64,000 nucleotides of DNA from Vicinamibacterales bacterium (GTDB lineage: Bacteria > Acidobacteriota > Vicinamibacteria > Vicinamibacterales > 2-12-FULL-66-21): assembly GCA_040881785.1 (NCBI GenBank), contig JBBECO010000221.1, positions 1,865 through 65,864 on the forward strand, in the 5' to 3' direction. Positions 20,465-29,823 of the stretch are shown here, one piece after another. Position numbers and translations under genes: made by a program. Each line of letters starts with the position of its first letter. Position 1 is the stretch's first letter. The notes under the pieces are model-generated. The model searched no databases and was not told where the DNA came from. It saw only the letters and a program-made list of their open reading frames with translations.

Positions 20465-20998
20465 GTCAGTCCCCTCGCCAGTCATCAGCACACCAGGGTT
20501 GCACGATCATCGCCATGCTCGTGGCGCCTACGAACTCGTCATCGGCCAGCTGCTGCACGGTGCAGTCGAGCAGAAACGGCCTATTGCGTGCGAGCTCTGT
20601 GCATGGTCGGAAGCCGCTGATGGCGTCGTCGTCGAATCCGAATCGTGGCTCGACAATACGTACCCGCGTCCGGCAGCCACTGCTGAGACTGTCAGTCGTG
20701 CCGAATATTTCGCGAGCGGTGCGAACGATTCAGCAGTGTGGCAAGGCATCCGATCTAGCGGGTCACTAAATGCCGGAACGAAACGAAGCGCAGTCTTTGG
20801 CACATTTTCTGCTTTCTCATCGCCCATCGGGGTAACGCCCCTGGGTACGGTTTGATGAACCGGGAGTGTGACGGAAAGTCGGACGCGAAAGCTTCCAACG
20901 CCGCAACCACAAACCGGTGAACGCAGACCGGCACAGCAGGGATGACGTGCCCCGACTTTCATGTACGGGCACGGTTGGATGACGATCCACCGTCGCTC

Positions 20999-21352
20999 CA
21001 CTGCGCACGTCCTCGGCGCGGCGGCGAAGCACGCCGCCGGCAGCACGCTCAACGCCAACATGGTGGCCGAACCCGCCGTACCAATGTCCCACTCGAAGTT
21101 CCCGCCGCGGATATCCGGCCCGGGGACGAACTCGAACGTGCGGCTGCCGACGTCGGCGCCCTCGACTGTGGCTCCACACAGCTCGGCGCACGCGTGCACG
21201 CTCGTCACGTGCTGTGGCCGCAGCCCGGGCTCCCGCCGTCTCTGCCTCGCATTGATGACGCGGACCGGCTCGCCGTGCGGCGCCGCCAGCGCCACCGCAT
21301 AGCGGACGATCGTGCCGCTGCCAGACATCTGCGCGCCATCGATGGTGACCAC
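20999..21352 (-). pseudogene. rtcA: RNA 3'-terminal phosphate cyclase (RtcA) N-terminal fragment, about 120 of about 340 aa
   Basis: VVTIDGAQMSGSGTIVRYAVALAAPHGEPVRVINARQRRREPGLRPQHVTSVHACAELCGATVEGADVGSRTFEFVPGPDIRGGNFEWDIGTAGSATMLALSVLPA aligns with the E. coli RtcA N-terminus. Homology stops near 21000, and the C-terminal half with the adenylylated His is absent. Confidence 0.75.
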
Positions 21353-21363
21353 GAGCGTACCGA

Positions 21364-21663
21364 CTATGCCCGACCAAAGGTGATGCGCAACTCGCTCTTG
21401 GCGCGCTCGAGAATCCGTCGTCGCTTGGGACTGAGATTGCGCCCTGCGCGATTGATGTAGAAGTTCAGCATGGACATCGCCGATTGATAGGCGCCGGCCT
21501 TGCGCCGTGAGCTGAGTTCGGCGGACCGCTTCAGCGAGCGCGCAATGGCCCTGGGACTGGACCATGTGAACACTCCGGACTCCAGATCGAGAGCATTGCT
21601 CGTCTCGGTCACACGCTGCGACCAGTACTTCGGCTGCGCCCGTGATGTCCGGAGAGATGTCAT
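21364..21663 (-). CDS. DUF3175 domain-containing protein
   Basis: 99 aa: KYWSQRVTETSNALDLESGVFTW...SLKRSAELSSRRKAGAYQSAMSMLNFYINRAGRNL...LERAKSELR. The ATG at 21663 overlaps the stop of the upstream remnant. Confidence 0.7.
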   Translation of the reverse strand: MTSLRTSRAQPKYWSQRVTETSNALDLESGVFTWSSPRAIARSLKRSAELSSRRKAGAYQSAMSMLNFYINRAGRNLSPKRRRILERAKSELRITFGRA

Positions 21664-22120
21664 CGTGTTCCTGCGAGGATGATGTCGCGCGCCTTCGGCC
21701 CGCAGTTGAGCACCCGGTCCAGCGTGGACACGTTGTAGCGAACATCTCCTCACAGCTGCGGATACACGGGAGGCCGGAATGTCGCCAGCGCGAGTTCGAG
21801 ACGCCGCGCACCGCGCTTCTCCGGATCGATGTACTTTGCCGCAACGGTCAACGTGAGATACGTGTCGGCCTTCAGCGCCTCACACACATTCGCGATCAGA
21901 TCGGCTCCCTGACCGCCAACGCCCAGCTCCGATTGCAGGTGCAGCGCCGTCGGGACCCCCAAGGTGACCCACAGATGCGATTTGAGCCGGTTTCGATGCA
22001 ACCATCCTGCCCTTGCGGGAACTGCACGCGATCCAGCAGGACCAGCGCGTCCGCGTGAAGGGCCTTGTAGAAGAAGCCGGGCCACGGCAAAAAGATCGGC
22101 TGATGTGTCGTCACGATCAT
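21660..22120 (-). pseudogene. WbqC-family protein pseudogene (frameshift, internal loss and in-frame TGA)
   Basis: N-terminus MIVTTHQPIFLPWPGFFYKALHADALVLLDRVQF in one frame. NRLKSHLWVTLGVP...GADLIANVCEALKADTYL...RPPVYPQL* lies in another frame. After the TGA comes GDVRYNVSTLDRVLNCGPKARDIIL, a WbqC-like C-terminus. Confidence 0.6.
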
Positions 22121-22191
22121 AACGATTTCGTTGCCCGATCGCGGTGCCGCGGACTCGACGTGACAAGAGTCGTGGTCTTGGGCGTCTGCGC

Positions 22192-22392
22192 CATCAGTCG
22201 TTCATAGATCCGGATTAACTTCTTGGCCTGTTCATCCTCGGTAAAGCGGCGCGCTGTTTCGAGAGCGTTCCTTGCAAACCCGCGCCGTGATGCTGGGTCG
22301 CTCAGGGCCATGTCCACGCGTGCGGCACACGCGCGCGCCGACGCATTGGGTGCGATCAACAGGCCGTTCTTCCCGTTGATCACGATGTCCGT
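22192..22392 (-). pseudogene. family-1 glycosyltransferase C-terminal fragment
   Basis: TDIVINGKNGLLIAPNASARACAARVDMALSDPASRRGFARNALETARRFTEDEQAKKLIRIYERLM is a typical GT1 C-terminal tail. It is fused in-frame to an unrelated N-terminal fragment in ORF 22117-22782. Confidence 0.5.
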
Positions 22393-22683
22393 GAACGCGT
22401 CACCCGTACGTCCGGGATGAAAGATGTAACACTCGAGGGCCATCGATCGCTGGACGCCGGAAATCGCCGCCAGCATCTCCGGATAGCACTGCGCACCGTC
22501 TTCGAGGCGCGTCATCCTGTTCCCGCCAACCATGGTGATGGCAAGCGCGGACGATAGCGCGTGCACGAACTCGCATGAAGTGAGGTCGACACGACGGTCG
22601 AACCGATAGACGACCGTCGGTGTGGCCAGTGCCACGATCCCAACTACACGAGGACGACGCCCACTCCAGCCACGATCAAGCCA
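22393..22683 (-). pseudogene. phospholipase D / cardiolipin synthase N-terminal fragment
   Basis: VGGNRMTRLEDGAQCYPEMLAAISGVQRSMALECYIFHPGRTGDAF matches the region preceding the first HKD motif. No HKD motif follows. Confidence 0.55.
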
Positions 22684-22751
22684 CACGTCACGAACTCCAC
22701 CATTCACACCCGAGCGTCCTGTACGCCGGAGAGACATGTCCGTCCGTCTTC

Positions 22752-23645
22752 TTACGACCGCCTCACGATGAGGACGGGGCACGCTGACGTCCGAATCACG
22801 TGGTGTGTGGTCGATCCGAAAACCAGCAGATCGAGTACACCCCGGCCATGTACGCCCATCACGATCAGATCCGATTGCCGCTCGGTGGCGTATCGGAGTA
22901 TCTCGCGATACGCTCGACCCTCGACGATGGCAGTGTCCACCGTGCAGTAGGTGCGGGCCTGCTCCGGAATCAGCCCATGCAGTTTGCGCCGGGCATCGGC
23001 CGCAGTCGCTTCGCGAACACGGGAGAGGTCGGGCACAGGCACGGCTGGTTCGCCGACCAATACCGGAGGGAATTCGACAACGTGCAACACTGTGAGCTGT
23101 GCGTCGGCCTCCTCGGCCATGTTGATGGCATACGCCAGCGCATCGAGCGCGCTCTCCGAAAAATCAACGGCGCAGAGAATCCGACGGAACTGGATCGGCG
23201 AGCCGGCCGGGACGTCGGGAGCTCGCGGCGGAACGACCAACGTCGGACAGGTTGCTTTCCGAATTACCTTCTCCGTCACGGAGCCGAGAAAGAGCCGCTG
23301 AAAGCCCGACCGCCCGTGTGTGCCGACCACGAGCAGGTCAGCGTGCCTCGCACCGACCTGTGCCAGGATTTCCTCGTGGATGTAAGGCGCCTCCTGAATG
23401 TCGAACTCGACGCGAACGTCTCGCGGCACGGCGGACGCCATTCGCCGCAGGTCGCTCATGAGTCGTTCCCGATCGGCATCCTCCAGCACCAGCGGCGGAA
23501 GATCCAAGGTGGGGAGGTTCGCGAACACATACAGCAGCGTCAGCCGAGCCTCGTACCAGCGAGCGATCGCTGCAGCGTGATCGAGCGCATGCTGCGAGAT
23601 CTCGGAGAAATCAACCGGACAGAGTACGTGAACCATGCGGATCAT
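22752..23645 (-). CDS. universal stress protein, tandem UspA domains
   Basis: VHVLCPVDFSEISQHALDHAA...DLLVVGTHGRSGFQRLFLGSVTEKV and ILCAVDFSESALDAL...DLIVMGVHGRGVLDLLVFGSTT. Confidence 0.85.
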   Translation of the reverse strand: MIRMVHVLCPVDFSEISQHALDHAAAIARWYEARLTLLYVFANLPTLDLPPLVLEDADRERLMSDLRRMASAVPRDVRVEFDIQEAPYIHEEILAQVGARHADLLVVGTHGRSGFQRLFLGSVTEKVIRKATCPTLVVPPRAPDVPAGSPIQFRRILCAVDFSESALDALAYAINMAEEADAQLTVLHVVEFPPVLVGEPAVPVPDLSRVREATAADARRKLHGLIPEQARTYCTVDTAIVEGRAYREILRYATERQSDLIVMGVHGRGVLDLLVFGSTTHHVIRTSACPVLIVRRS

Positions 23646-23654
23646 CGTGGCGCC

Positions 23655-24767
23655 TCAACTCGCGCGGAGTAAGCGTAATGCGCCGTGTTCCGTTAGCGCC
23701 ACGTGTGCGCCGAACGGGCGGCTGATCTCGTTCACTGTGTCACAGATCCATCGCCCATCGGCCAACGAGGCTCGATTGAGCCGCATGTGCCGAATCTGCA
23801 ACGGCGTCATCTCCAACATCAGGAGCCGCCCGGTCTGCTGGCTGACCGACGGAAAGAACATCAGCACCAGGTCGTCGCGGTACCGTTCGTAGCCCGTAAT
23901 GCCCTCGTAGTCGTCGATGAAGTCTCCGCAGCCATAGAGAATGAGCCGGTCGCGGTAGATCTCAATCGGTCGCACATGATGCGAGGAATGGCCGTAGACG
24001 ATGTCGATGCCGCCCTCGACGAGCCGGTGCGCAAAGTTGATGTGCTGCCGTGGCACGTCATATCCCCAGTTGCCTCCCCAGTGGATCGACAGGACGGCGA
24101 CGTCCCCCGGCAGCCTGTGACGGACGACGCGCGCGGCGACGTCTGCCGCAGTCTCGTCAGACAAGTCCGGCAAGAGGTTTACGCCCGGTTCGTCGGTCAG
24201 GGCCGCCCAATGGTCCGGCACGCCGCTGCTCTCGTGTGCGCACGCGCCGACGATCAGATGTTGGCCGCCAGAAAGCGCATGCACGACAGGGCCCATCGCC
24301 TCGTCACGGTTCCGTCCGGCGCCCACGGCTCGGATGTCCGAATTTCGAAGCGTCTCGAGCGTCTCGATGAGTCCCTCGGGCCCGTAGTCGAGCACGTGGT
24401 TGTTGGCGACGATGCAGATATCGAGGCGCGCCGCACGAAGGCAACCGACGTTGTCCGGGTGCATGCGATAGTTGATGCCCTTCGGCTCGTGCTCGTTGCT
24501 GCGTGTGATGCTCGTTTCCAGGTTGACCAGACGTGCGGCGGGGGCCATGCGCGCCCATTCGGCAAGCGCGTCCCCCCAGATGTAGTCCGAGCCGAGACCT
24601 CGGGGTACCGGCCCGGATATCTGCTCCGCGAGTCGCACGTACTCTCGCGCATCGGTGACGTACGGCTCGTGGAGCCCCGGCGCCGACGGCCGGATCAGGA
24701 TCTGGTCAATGCCGCGACCAGTCATCACATCGCCGGCGAGAAAGAGCGTGATCGACGCCTCGTCCAT
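23655..24767 (-). CDS. CapA family (PGA_cap metallophosphatase-like) protein
   Basis: ITLFLAGDVMTGRG...VNLETSIT...DICIVANNHVLDYG...IHWGGNWGY...DIVYGHSSHH are typical CapA/PgsA-like motifs. Confidence 0.8.
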   Translation of the reverse strand: MDEASITLFLAGDVMTGRGIDQILIRPSAPGLHEPYVTDAREYVRLAEQISGPVPRGLGSDYIWGDALAEWARMAPAARLVNLETSITRSNEHEPKGINYRMHPDNVGCLRAARLDICIVANNHVLDYGPEGLIETLETLRNSDIRAVGAGRNRDEAMGPVVHALSGGQHLIVGACAHESSGVPDHWAALTDEPGVNLLPDLSDETAADVAARVVRHRLPGDVAVLSIHWGGNWGYDVPRQHINFAHRLVEGGIDIVYGHSSHHVRPIEIYRDRLILYGCGDFIDDYEGITGYERYRDDLVLMFFPSVSQQTGRLLMLEMTPLQIRHMRLNRASLADGRWICDTVNEISRPFGAHVALTEHGALRLLRAS

Positions 24768-25447
24768 CAGCGGACTCCAGGGCGCACTTTTGCGAAGGGA
24801 TCAGAGATCTCGTCACGCGGATTGCCACTCTCCAGGCGCGCGCGCAGACCCTGTACGATCAGCGGCGCCTGACGCTCGACGCGGTCTTCGAGCACCACCC
24901 GCTCCACGAGCAACCGGCGAAACTCCCGCTGCAGGACGTCGCGCCATTCAGCACCGGCCGTCCCCAACACAGCTGTCAACGATTCGATATCCCCGGCCGA
25001 CAACTTGAGGCCACAGGCGCCTGGGCGGCACTGGCGGATCGCATCCATGTCGCGTTGATCGAGGGTGAGATCCGCGAGGTCGGATGGACGTGGCGGATCC
25101 GAAAAGCGCCCAATCGCCAGTACGAACCTGCTCCGTTTCAGCTCGGCAATCGCGCGCGTCCACGCCACCAGCGCATCGGGCGGTGCATTCAGCCGTGTGG
25201 CGACGAACACGGCGAGCTGTCCGTCCTTCCCGGACAAGACGCGGGCAATGACCTGATCGCGGTCGAGATCCGCTCTGTCTCGCGCGGACACCACGACCGA
25301 CGGGGCGAGGAATTCAAACGGGTCGCTCCCTGCTTGCGGTGCGCCTCCGAAGGGACCCGTCTCGAGCGACAACGCGACGGCAGCCGCTGTGCAAATGAGC
25401 CGTCGGGATAATGCGTGCGGCATGGGAGACATCTCGCGCCGGATCAC
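24767..25447 (-). CDS. hypothetical exported protein
   Basis: 226-aa ORF with a signal-like LICTAAAVALSL. Its stop overlaps the CapA start by 1 nt. No recognisable domain. Confidence 0.45.
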   Translation of the reverse strand: MIRREMSPMPHALSRRLICTAAAVALSLETGPFGGAPQAGSDPFEFLAPSVVVSARDRADLDRDQVIARVLSGKDGQLAVFVATRLNAPPDALVAWTRAIAELKRSRFVLAIGRFSDPPRPSDLADLTLDQRDMDAIRQCRPGACGLKLSAGDIESLTAVLGTAGAEWRDVLQREFRRLLVERVVLEDRVERQAPLIVQGLRARLESGNPRDEISDPFAKVRPGVR

Positions 25448-25463
25448 CCGCGTTCGGCAGGCG

Positions 25464-26045
25464 CTATGCGGCTTCGACCTCGACCTTCGTGGCGGGTTGT
25501 GCCAGCGGCGCCGTCACGCGAAGCATCCCGTTTCGGTACTGCGCTGAGACCCGCGCAGGGTCAACCGGGTCAGAAAACGTGTAGCTCCGAAACAAAGGGC
25601 CGTTCGCGAACTCGCAGACCACGACCTCGCCTTCCTGTTCGCGATCCGAATGGTGCACAGGCGCACCCAGCACAAGTTCCGTCGGTGTTACCTGCACATC
25701 GAGCTGCTTCGGATCGATGCCCGCGATAGCGGCTTCGACGACGAACGCGTCCCTGGTCCGGCGCACCTCGAGAGCGGGTCGCCAAATGGTCTCCCGCTCC
25801 GCTGTGATCCAGTCCTCGACCGCGTGTCCGAAGGCGCCACCGCGTGCTCGAAAGATCTCCCGGGCACGCAGGGCGATGTGTCGCTGCACGCCTTCGACTT
25901 CGGCGAGCACACTGTCAACCGTGCGGGATCTGACCTTCATGTCTGCCTCCTGCGATGTCACGCCGAGTGTCCACGGAGGTGGATCGCTGGCTGGGAACGA
26001 TTCCATCAGCACTTCGTCGATCGCCGCCTCCGTGCCCGCGTTCAC
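25464..26045 (-). CDS. Hsp20/alpha-crystallin family small heat-shock protein with an N-terminal extension carrying an ESFPASDPPPW motif
   Basis: The alpha-crystallin core is DAFVVEAAIAGIDPKQLDVQVTPTELVL...FRSYTFSDPVDPARVSAQYRNGMLRVTAP. GTG start at 26045; an alternative ATG at 25940 would remove the extension. Confidence 0.8.
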   Translation of the reverse strand: MNAGTEAAIDEVLMESFPASDPPPWTLGVTSQEADMKVRSRTVDSVLAEVEGVQRHIALRAREIFRARGGAFGHAVEDWITAERETIWRPALEVRRTRDAFVVEAAIAGIDPKQLDVQVTPTELVLGAPVHHSDREQEGEVVVCEFANGPLFRSYTFSDPVDPARVSAQYRNGMLRVTAPLAQPATKVEVEAA

Positions 26046-26057
26046 GAACGGCTCCGA

Positions 26058-26364
26058 TCACGGAACGACGGCGATATGGTCCTCGACCTCGTTGACTCCG
26101 GGCGCTGCCCACGCCGCGCGCCGCGCCTCGTCGCGCTCGAACCACGAGTGCACATTGCCGGACAGGGTGACCTTGCTGTCGGCAACGGCGACGTAGACGC
26201 CGAGCGCCACCCGCTCGGCGGTCGCTTTCTCCGAGTAGGTCCTGACGTCACCGCGCAGCCGTCACCACGCCGTTGTCGACCGACACGCCAATATCCGCGG
26301 CGTCGATGCTCGGCTCCCAGTCCAGGGCGTTCTGGACATGCTGCTGGAAGTCTCTGTCTGTCAT
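26058..26364 (-). pseudogene. BON-domain gene remnant, paralog of 2023-2673, with a 1-nt frameshift and loss of about 130 internal codons
   Basis: MTDRDFQQHVQNALDWEPSIDAADIGVSVDNGVVT, then a frameshift, then LRGDVRTYSEKATAERVALGVY joined directly to VAVADSKVTLSGNVHSWFERDEARRAAWAAPGVNEVEDHIAVVP*. Both ends are collinear with the intact paralog. Confidence 0.8.
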
Positions 26365-26592
26365 CGTCGTTCTCCAATGCAGGTAGTTGCCTGACGGAAT
26401 CACGAGCGAGCATCGCAACCTTCGTACCTGGGGGGAGGCAAGGCAGCCCGATTGCGAGCGCGGACGCCAGCCGCTCAGAGATCCCCACGCGAGCGGCGCT
26501 GAGCACCTCATGCGCAGTCTCTCGCAATGGCTGCGAAAGAATCCCGGCTCGACAACTGCCGGCCGAAGGGAACTGTCATGTCCCGTCCCCAC

Positions 26593-26934
26593 TCAACGTG
26601 AGCTTGATGACGACCTCGTCCTGAAAACGGTCATCCTCAACCCGTCGTAGGCGAACCGCGCGCGAATCCCGTGTTCGCGCGCCATCGCCGTCAGGGCAAC
26701 GGCGATTTCGCGCGGCTCCGAGCGAACGATCCCCGATCCGCAATGGGTGAACACGGCATTCTCGACGCCGGCCGCCGCACACCACTCGAGTTGTGTCCCA
26801 ATGGCGGCGTGTCCGATGCGGACGGCGCCACGCCGTCGAATCAGCGGCCGATCGAGCGTCGCGCCATCACCAACGTACAGATCGACGTCTCCCGGGGCTG
26901 CAACTGGATTCGGCAGGCGGGCAAGGTCGGGCAC
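26593..26934 (-). pseudogene. MBL-fold metallo-hydrolase C-terminal fragment
   Basis: LYVGDGATLDRPLIRRRGAVRIGHAAIGTQLEWCAAAGVENAVFTHCGSGIVR...AREHGIRARFAYDGL resembles the last about 100 aa of PhnP-like MBL hydrolases. The HxHxDH region is absent. Confidence 0.45.
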
Positions 26935-27024
26935 GACCTCACACTCTGTTCGTTCGCGTTCGGGCAGCGGTCAGCCTCGCACGGCTCGGCGTTGATGAAC
27001 GCCGCCTCGTGCCGCGATGGTGTG

Positions 27025-27240
27025 TCACACTCCCGCGCCGTGGACAACATAGGCCCCGCCCGCGGTCCGTCTGAGAACCTGTGCGGCCACGAGGGCATCC
27101 ACCAGTGCATCGCAGACGAACGCGTCCAGTCCCCACAGCTTCTGCATCTGCTTTTTGTTCAGGCTCAAACCAGGCATCTCCTGGTACTCGCCGCGGATAC
27201 GTTGAAGCCACTCCGACACGGGTAATTGAGCTGACACCAT
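27025..27240 (-). CDS. small conserved protein, paralog of 3355-3651
   Basis: 71 aa: VSEWLQRIRGEYQEMPGLSLNKKQMQKLWGLDAFVCDALVDALVAAQVL, compared with RICAEYVEMPGLRLSRKQAQRLWGLDEEACAQILEFLVKTGFL. ATG at 27240. Confidence 0.6.
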   Translation of the reverse strand: MVSAQLPVSEWLQRIRGEYQEMPGLSLNKKQMQKLWGLDAFVCDALVDALVAAQVLRRTAGGAYVVHGAGV

Positions 27241-27382
27241 CGTTGCCTCCGGAAGCACGGACGTTCGTGTGCAGGCACATCCCGGGCCAGATCGAATTGG
27301 GCGCGGACCGTACGACATCGGGCGATCTTCAGGAATCAGATGCAACAGGCATTGGGGGAATTTCCCAAGGTTAGTGGGAATG

Positions 27383-27946
27383 TTAACGACGCCTCGCAAC
27401 ACGAGTGGAGCTGCAGACGAGGCGCAGGTGCGACCATCCTCGTCGATCCAGCGATTTGTCGAACGCGCCCGACGCATCTCGAACGACCGCGTCGGGGTCG
27501 ACGGCGCGATCGAGTACGAGCACGATGACCGCCGGCGGCGCTCCATCGCGCCATTCCAGTTCGTGGAGCCTCCACACGGGAACACCGAGCGACTGGGGCA
27601 CTGGCGGCACATCCTCGCCAACGAGAACGAGTCTGGCTGCCACGCGGGCGGTGATACGCGCCAGCAACTCGGGCGAGGCGCGGTAATCGATCGGCACGAC
27701 GATGACACCGCCGAGCAGACAGCCCCAGAACGCGACGATCCATTCCGGGCGGTTCTCGCTCCAGAACACGACCTTGTCGCCCTTGCGGACGCCGGCGTCG
27801 ACCAGTCGTGACGCGAATCCGCGGGCGGCGCGGCCAACCTCCACGTACGAGTGGCTTCGCGCTCTGAAGCCATCGTCGTACACGAGGAACGGACCCTTCG
27901 CTCTGGAGAGGTCGTCGAAGTAGTCAATCAGGGTGTCTCGAGGCAC
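27383..27946 (-). pseudogene. AMP-dependent synthetase/ligase N-terminal fragment (about 150 aa)
   Basis: SYVEVGRAARGFASRLVDAGVRKGDKVVFWSENRPEWIVAFWGCLLGGVIVVPIDYRASPELLARI is the typical pre-motif-I region. The TSGTTGxPKG motif and everything downstream are missing. Confidence 0.6.
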
Positions 27947-27967
27947 GTCTGCGTCCTCGCGGCCGAC

Positions 27968-29398
27968 CTATCCCTTGACGCACACCAGCGGTACCAGCTT
28001 CGCCACCTTGCGCGAGAGGCCGACCGCATCGGCCGCATCGACGACGGCGCCCACATCCTTGTAAGCGCCAGGCGCTTCTTCCGCGACGCCGCGCGACGAA
28101 GGACTCTTCACGATGATCCCGCGCCCGGCCAACTCGTCGATCACCTGGCGCCCCTTCCACGTATGGAGCGCCTTGTGGCGGCTCATGGCCCGCCCGGCAC
28201 CATGGCAGGACGATGAGAACGACAATCGCCCGGCATCCTTCGTGCCGACGAGGATGTAGGAGGCGGTCCCCATCGTGCCGCCGATCAACACTGGCTGCCC
28301 GATCGCACGCAGGCCGTCCGGCAGCTCAGGATGTCCTGGCCCCAGCGCGCGCGTCGCACCCTTGCGATGAATGAAGACCGGCTTCGCCGCGCCGTTGCAC
28401 ACGTGGGTCTCGACCTTGCACGTGTTGTGTGACACGTCGTAGAGCAGGGTGAGGGTCGCCTGCGTCAGTACGGTGGCGAACGCCTCGCGCACGAGATGCG
28501 TGATGATTTGGCGATTGGCCAGTGCACAGTTGATCCCCGCACGCATGGCTCCGAGATAGCGACGGCCGAGCTCCGATTCGACTGGCGCGCACGCGAGCTC
28601 CCGATCCGGCAGCGTGATGCCGAACCCGGGGGCGGCAATCGCCATCTCCTTCAGGAACTCGGTGCCGATCTGGTGACCCAGGCCTCTCGAGCCGCAATGG
28701 ATGGAGACGACCACGTCGTCCACCGCCACGCCGAATCCCCGCGCGACATCAGGGTCGTAGATCTCCGCCACCCGCTGCACCTCGAGGTAGTGATTGCCGG
28801 AGCCAAGGGTGCCCATTTCGTCCTGCTGCCGATGTCGCGCCTTGAACGACACGGACGACGCGACTGCGCCCGCCATGCAGCCATGTTCCTCGACCCGATC
28901 GAGATCGGCCTCCGTTCCGTAGCCGCGTTGCACGGCCCAACGTGCGCCGCCTTCCAGCATGGCGTCGAGCTCGCGGTCGTCCAGGTGAATCCGGCCACGA
29001 CTGCCGACCCCTGCCGGCACACTGCGGGATAACTGGTGGGCGAGGTCACGCTTGAGCGGCTCGATTGCGTCGGCAGTCACTCCCGTGCGCAGGGTGCGGA
29101 CGCCGCACGAGATATCGAACCCGACGCCGCCAGCCGAGACGATACCGCCCTCCTGCGGGTCGAAGGCCGCGACGCCCCCGATCGGAAATCCATAGCCCCA
29201 GTGCGCGTCCGGCATGGCGTACGACGCGCGTTGAATGCCCGGCAGCATCGCGACGTTGGTGATCTGTTCACGGACTTTCTCGTCCATCTCACGGACGAGC
29301 GCCTCGGACGCGTAGATCACGCCGGGGACGCGCATGGCGCCAGCCTGGGGGATCCACCACTCGCAGTCGGACTTGCGCACGAGCGATGACACGTCCAT
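27968..29398 (-). CDS. rtcB: RNA-splicing ligase RtcB
   Basis: 476 aa with MPDAHWGYGFPIGGVAAF, GGVGFDISCGVR, GSGNHYLEVQ, HCGSRGLGHQ, HNTC and SCHGAGR motifs. Confidence 0.95.
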   Translation of the reverse strand: MDVSSLVRKSDCEWWIPQAGAMRVPGVIYASEALVREMDEKVREQITNVAMLPGIQRASYAMPDAHWGYGFPIGGVAAFDPQEGGIVSAGGVGFDISCGVRTLRTGVTADAIEPLKRDLAHQLSRSVPAGVGSRGRIHLDDRELDAMLEGGARWAVQRGYGTEADLDRVEEHGCMAGAVASSVSFKARHRQQDEMGTLGSGNHYLEVQRVAEIYDPDVARGFGVAVDDVVVSIHCGSRGLGHQIGTEFLKEMAIAAPGFGITLPDRELACAPVESELGRRYLGAMRAGINCALANRQIITHLVREAFATVLTQATLTLLYDVSHNTCKVETHVCNGAAKPVFIHRKGATRALGPGHPELPDGLRAIGQPVLIGGTMGTASYILVGTKDAGRLSFSSSCHGAGRAMSRHKALHTWKGRQVIDELAGRGIIVKSPSSRGVAEEAPGAYKDVGAVVDAADAVGLSRKVAKLVPLVCVKG

Positions 29399-29410
29399 AA
29401 CCCACCTGCT

Positions 29411-29725
29411 TTAAACATCGACGACACATTGCACGCGCCAGCCGTCTGGATTCTCTGCAACTTGGAGGGCAGTGAGTGTCGCCCCCTTGATTTCGACAGC
29501 TGGCTCGTGCCGAACGAGGTCAACTGGCTCCCCATAGGCGGTGGCGCGCAGCTCCCCTCCCTCGATCTCCACTGCGAAGTCGCCAAACAGCATCGTCCGA
29601 ACGGCCATCTCGTAGACGAGCGCATTCAGCCACTCGACCAGGAGGAAGGACGCCGATATCAGCGTCATGTGGGAAGTGCGCCCACGACGATCTGCGTGTC
29701 GCCGCTTCCTGGTCCATATCCACAC
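29411..29725 (-). pseudogene. archease remnant with an internal out-of-frame deletion
   Basis: One frame gives the N-terminal WAHFPHDADIGV. It joins directly, in another frame, to the C-terminal half LLVEWLNALVYEM...EIKGATLTALQV...WRVQCVVDV. About 55 central residues are missing. Confidence 0.7.
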
Positions 29726-29823
29726 GTGATCATGCGGCGACCCTCGGCGCCGCGGTCATGATCTCTGACTTTCATGGTCCGCTTTGTTCCAGACGAGGCA
29801 CGCCTGCCGTCTGCCGTCTCGCG

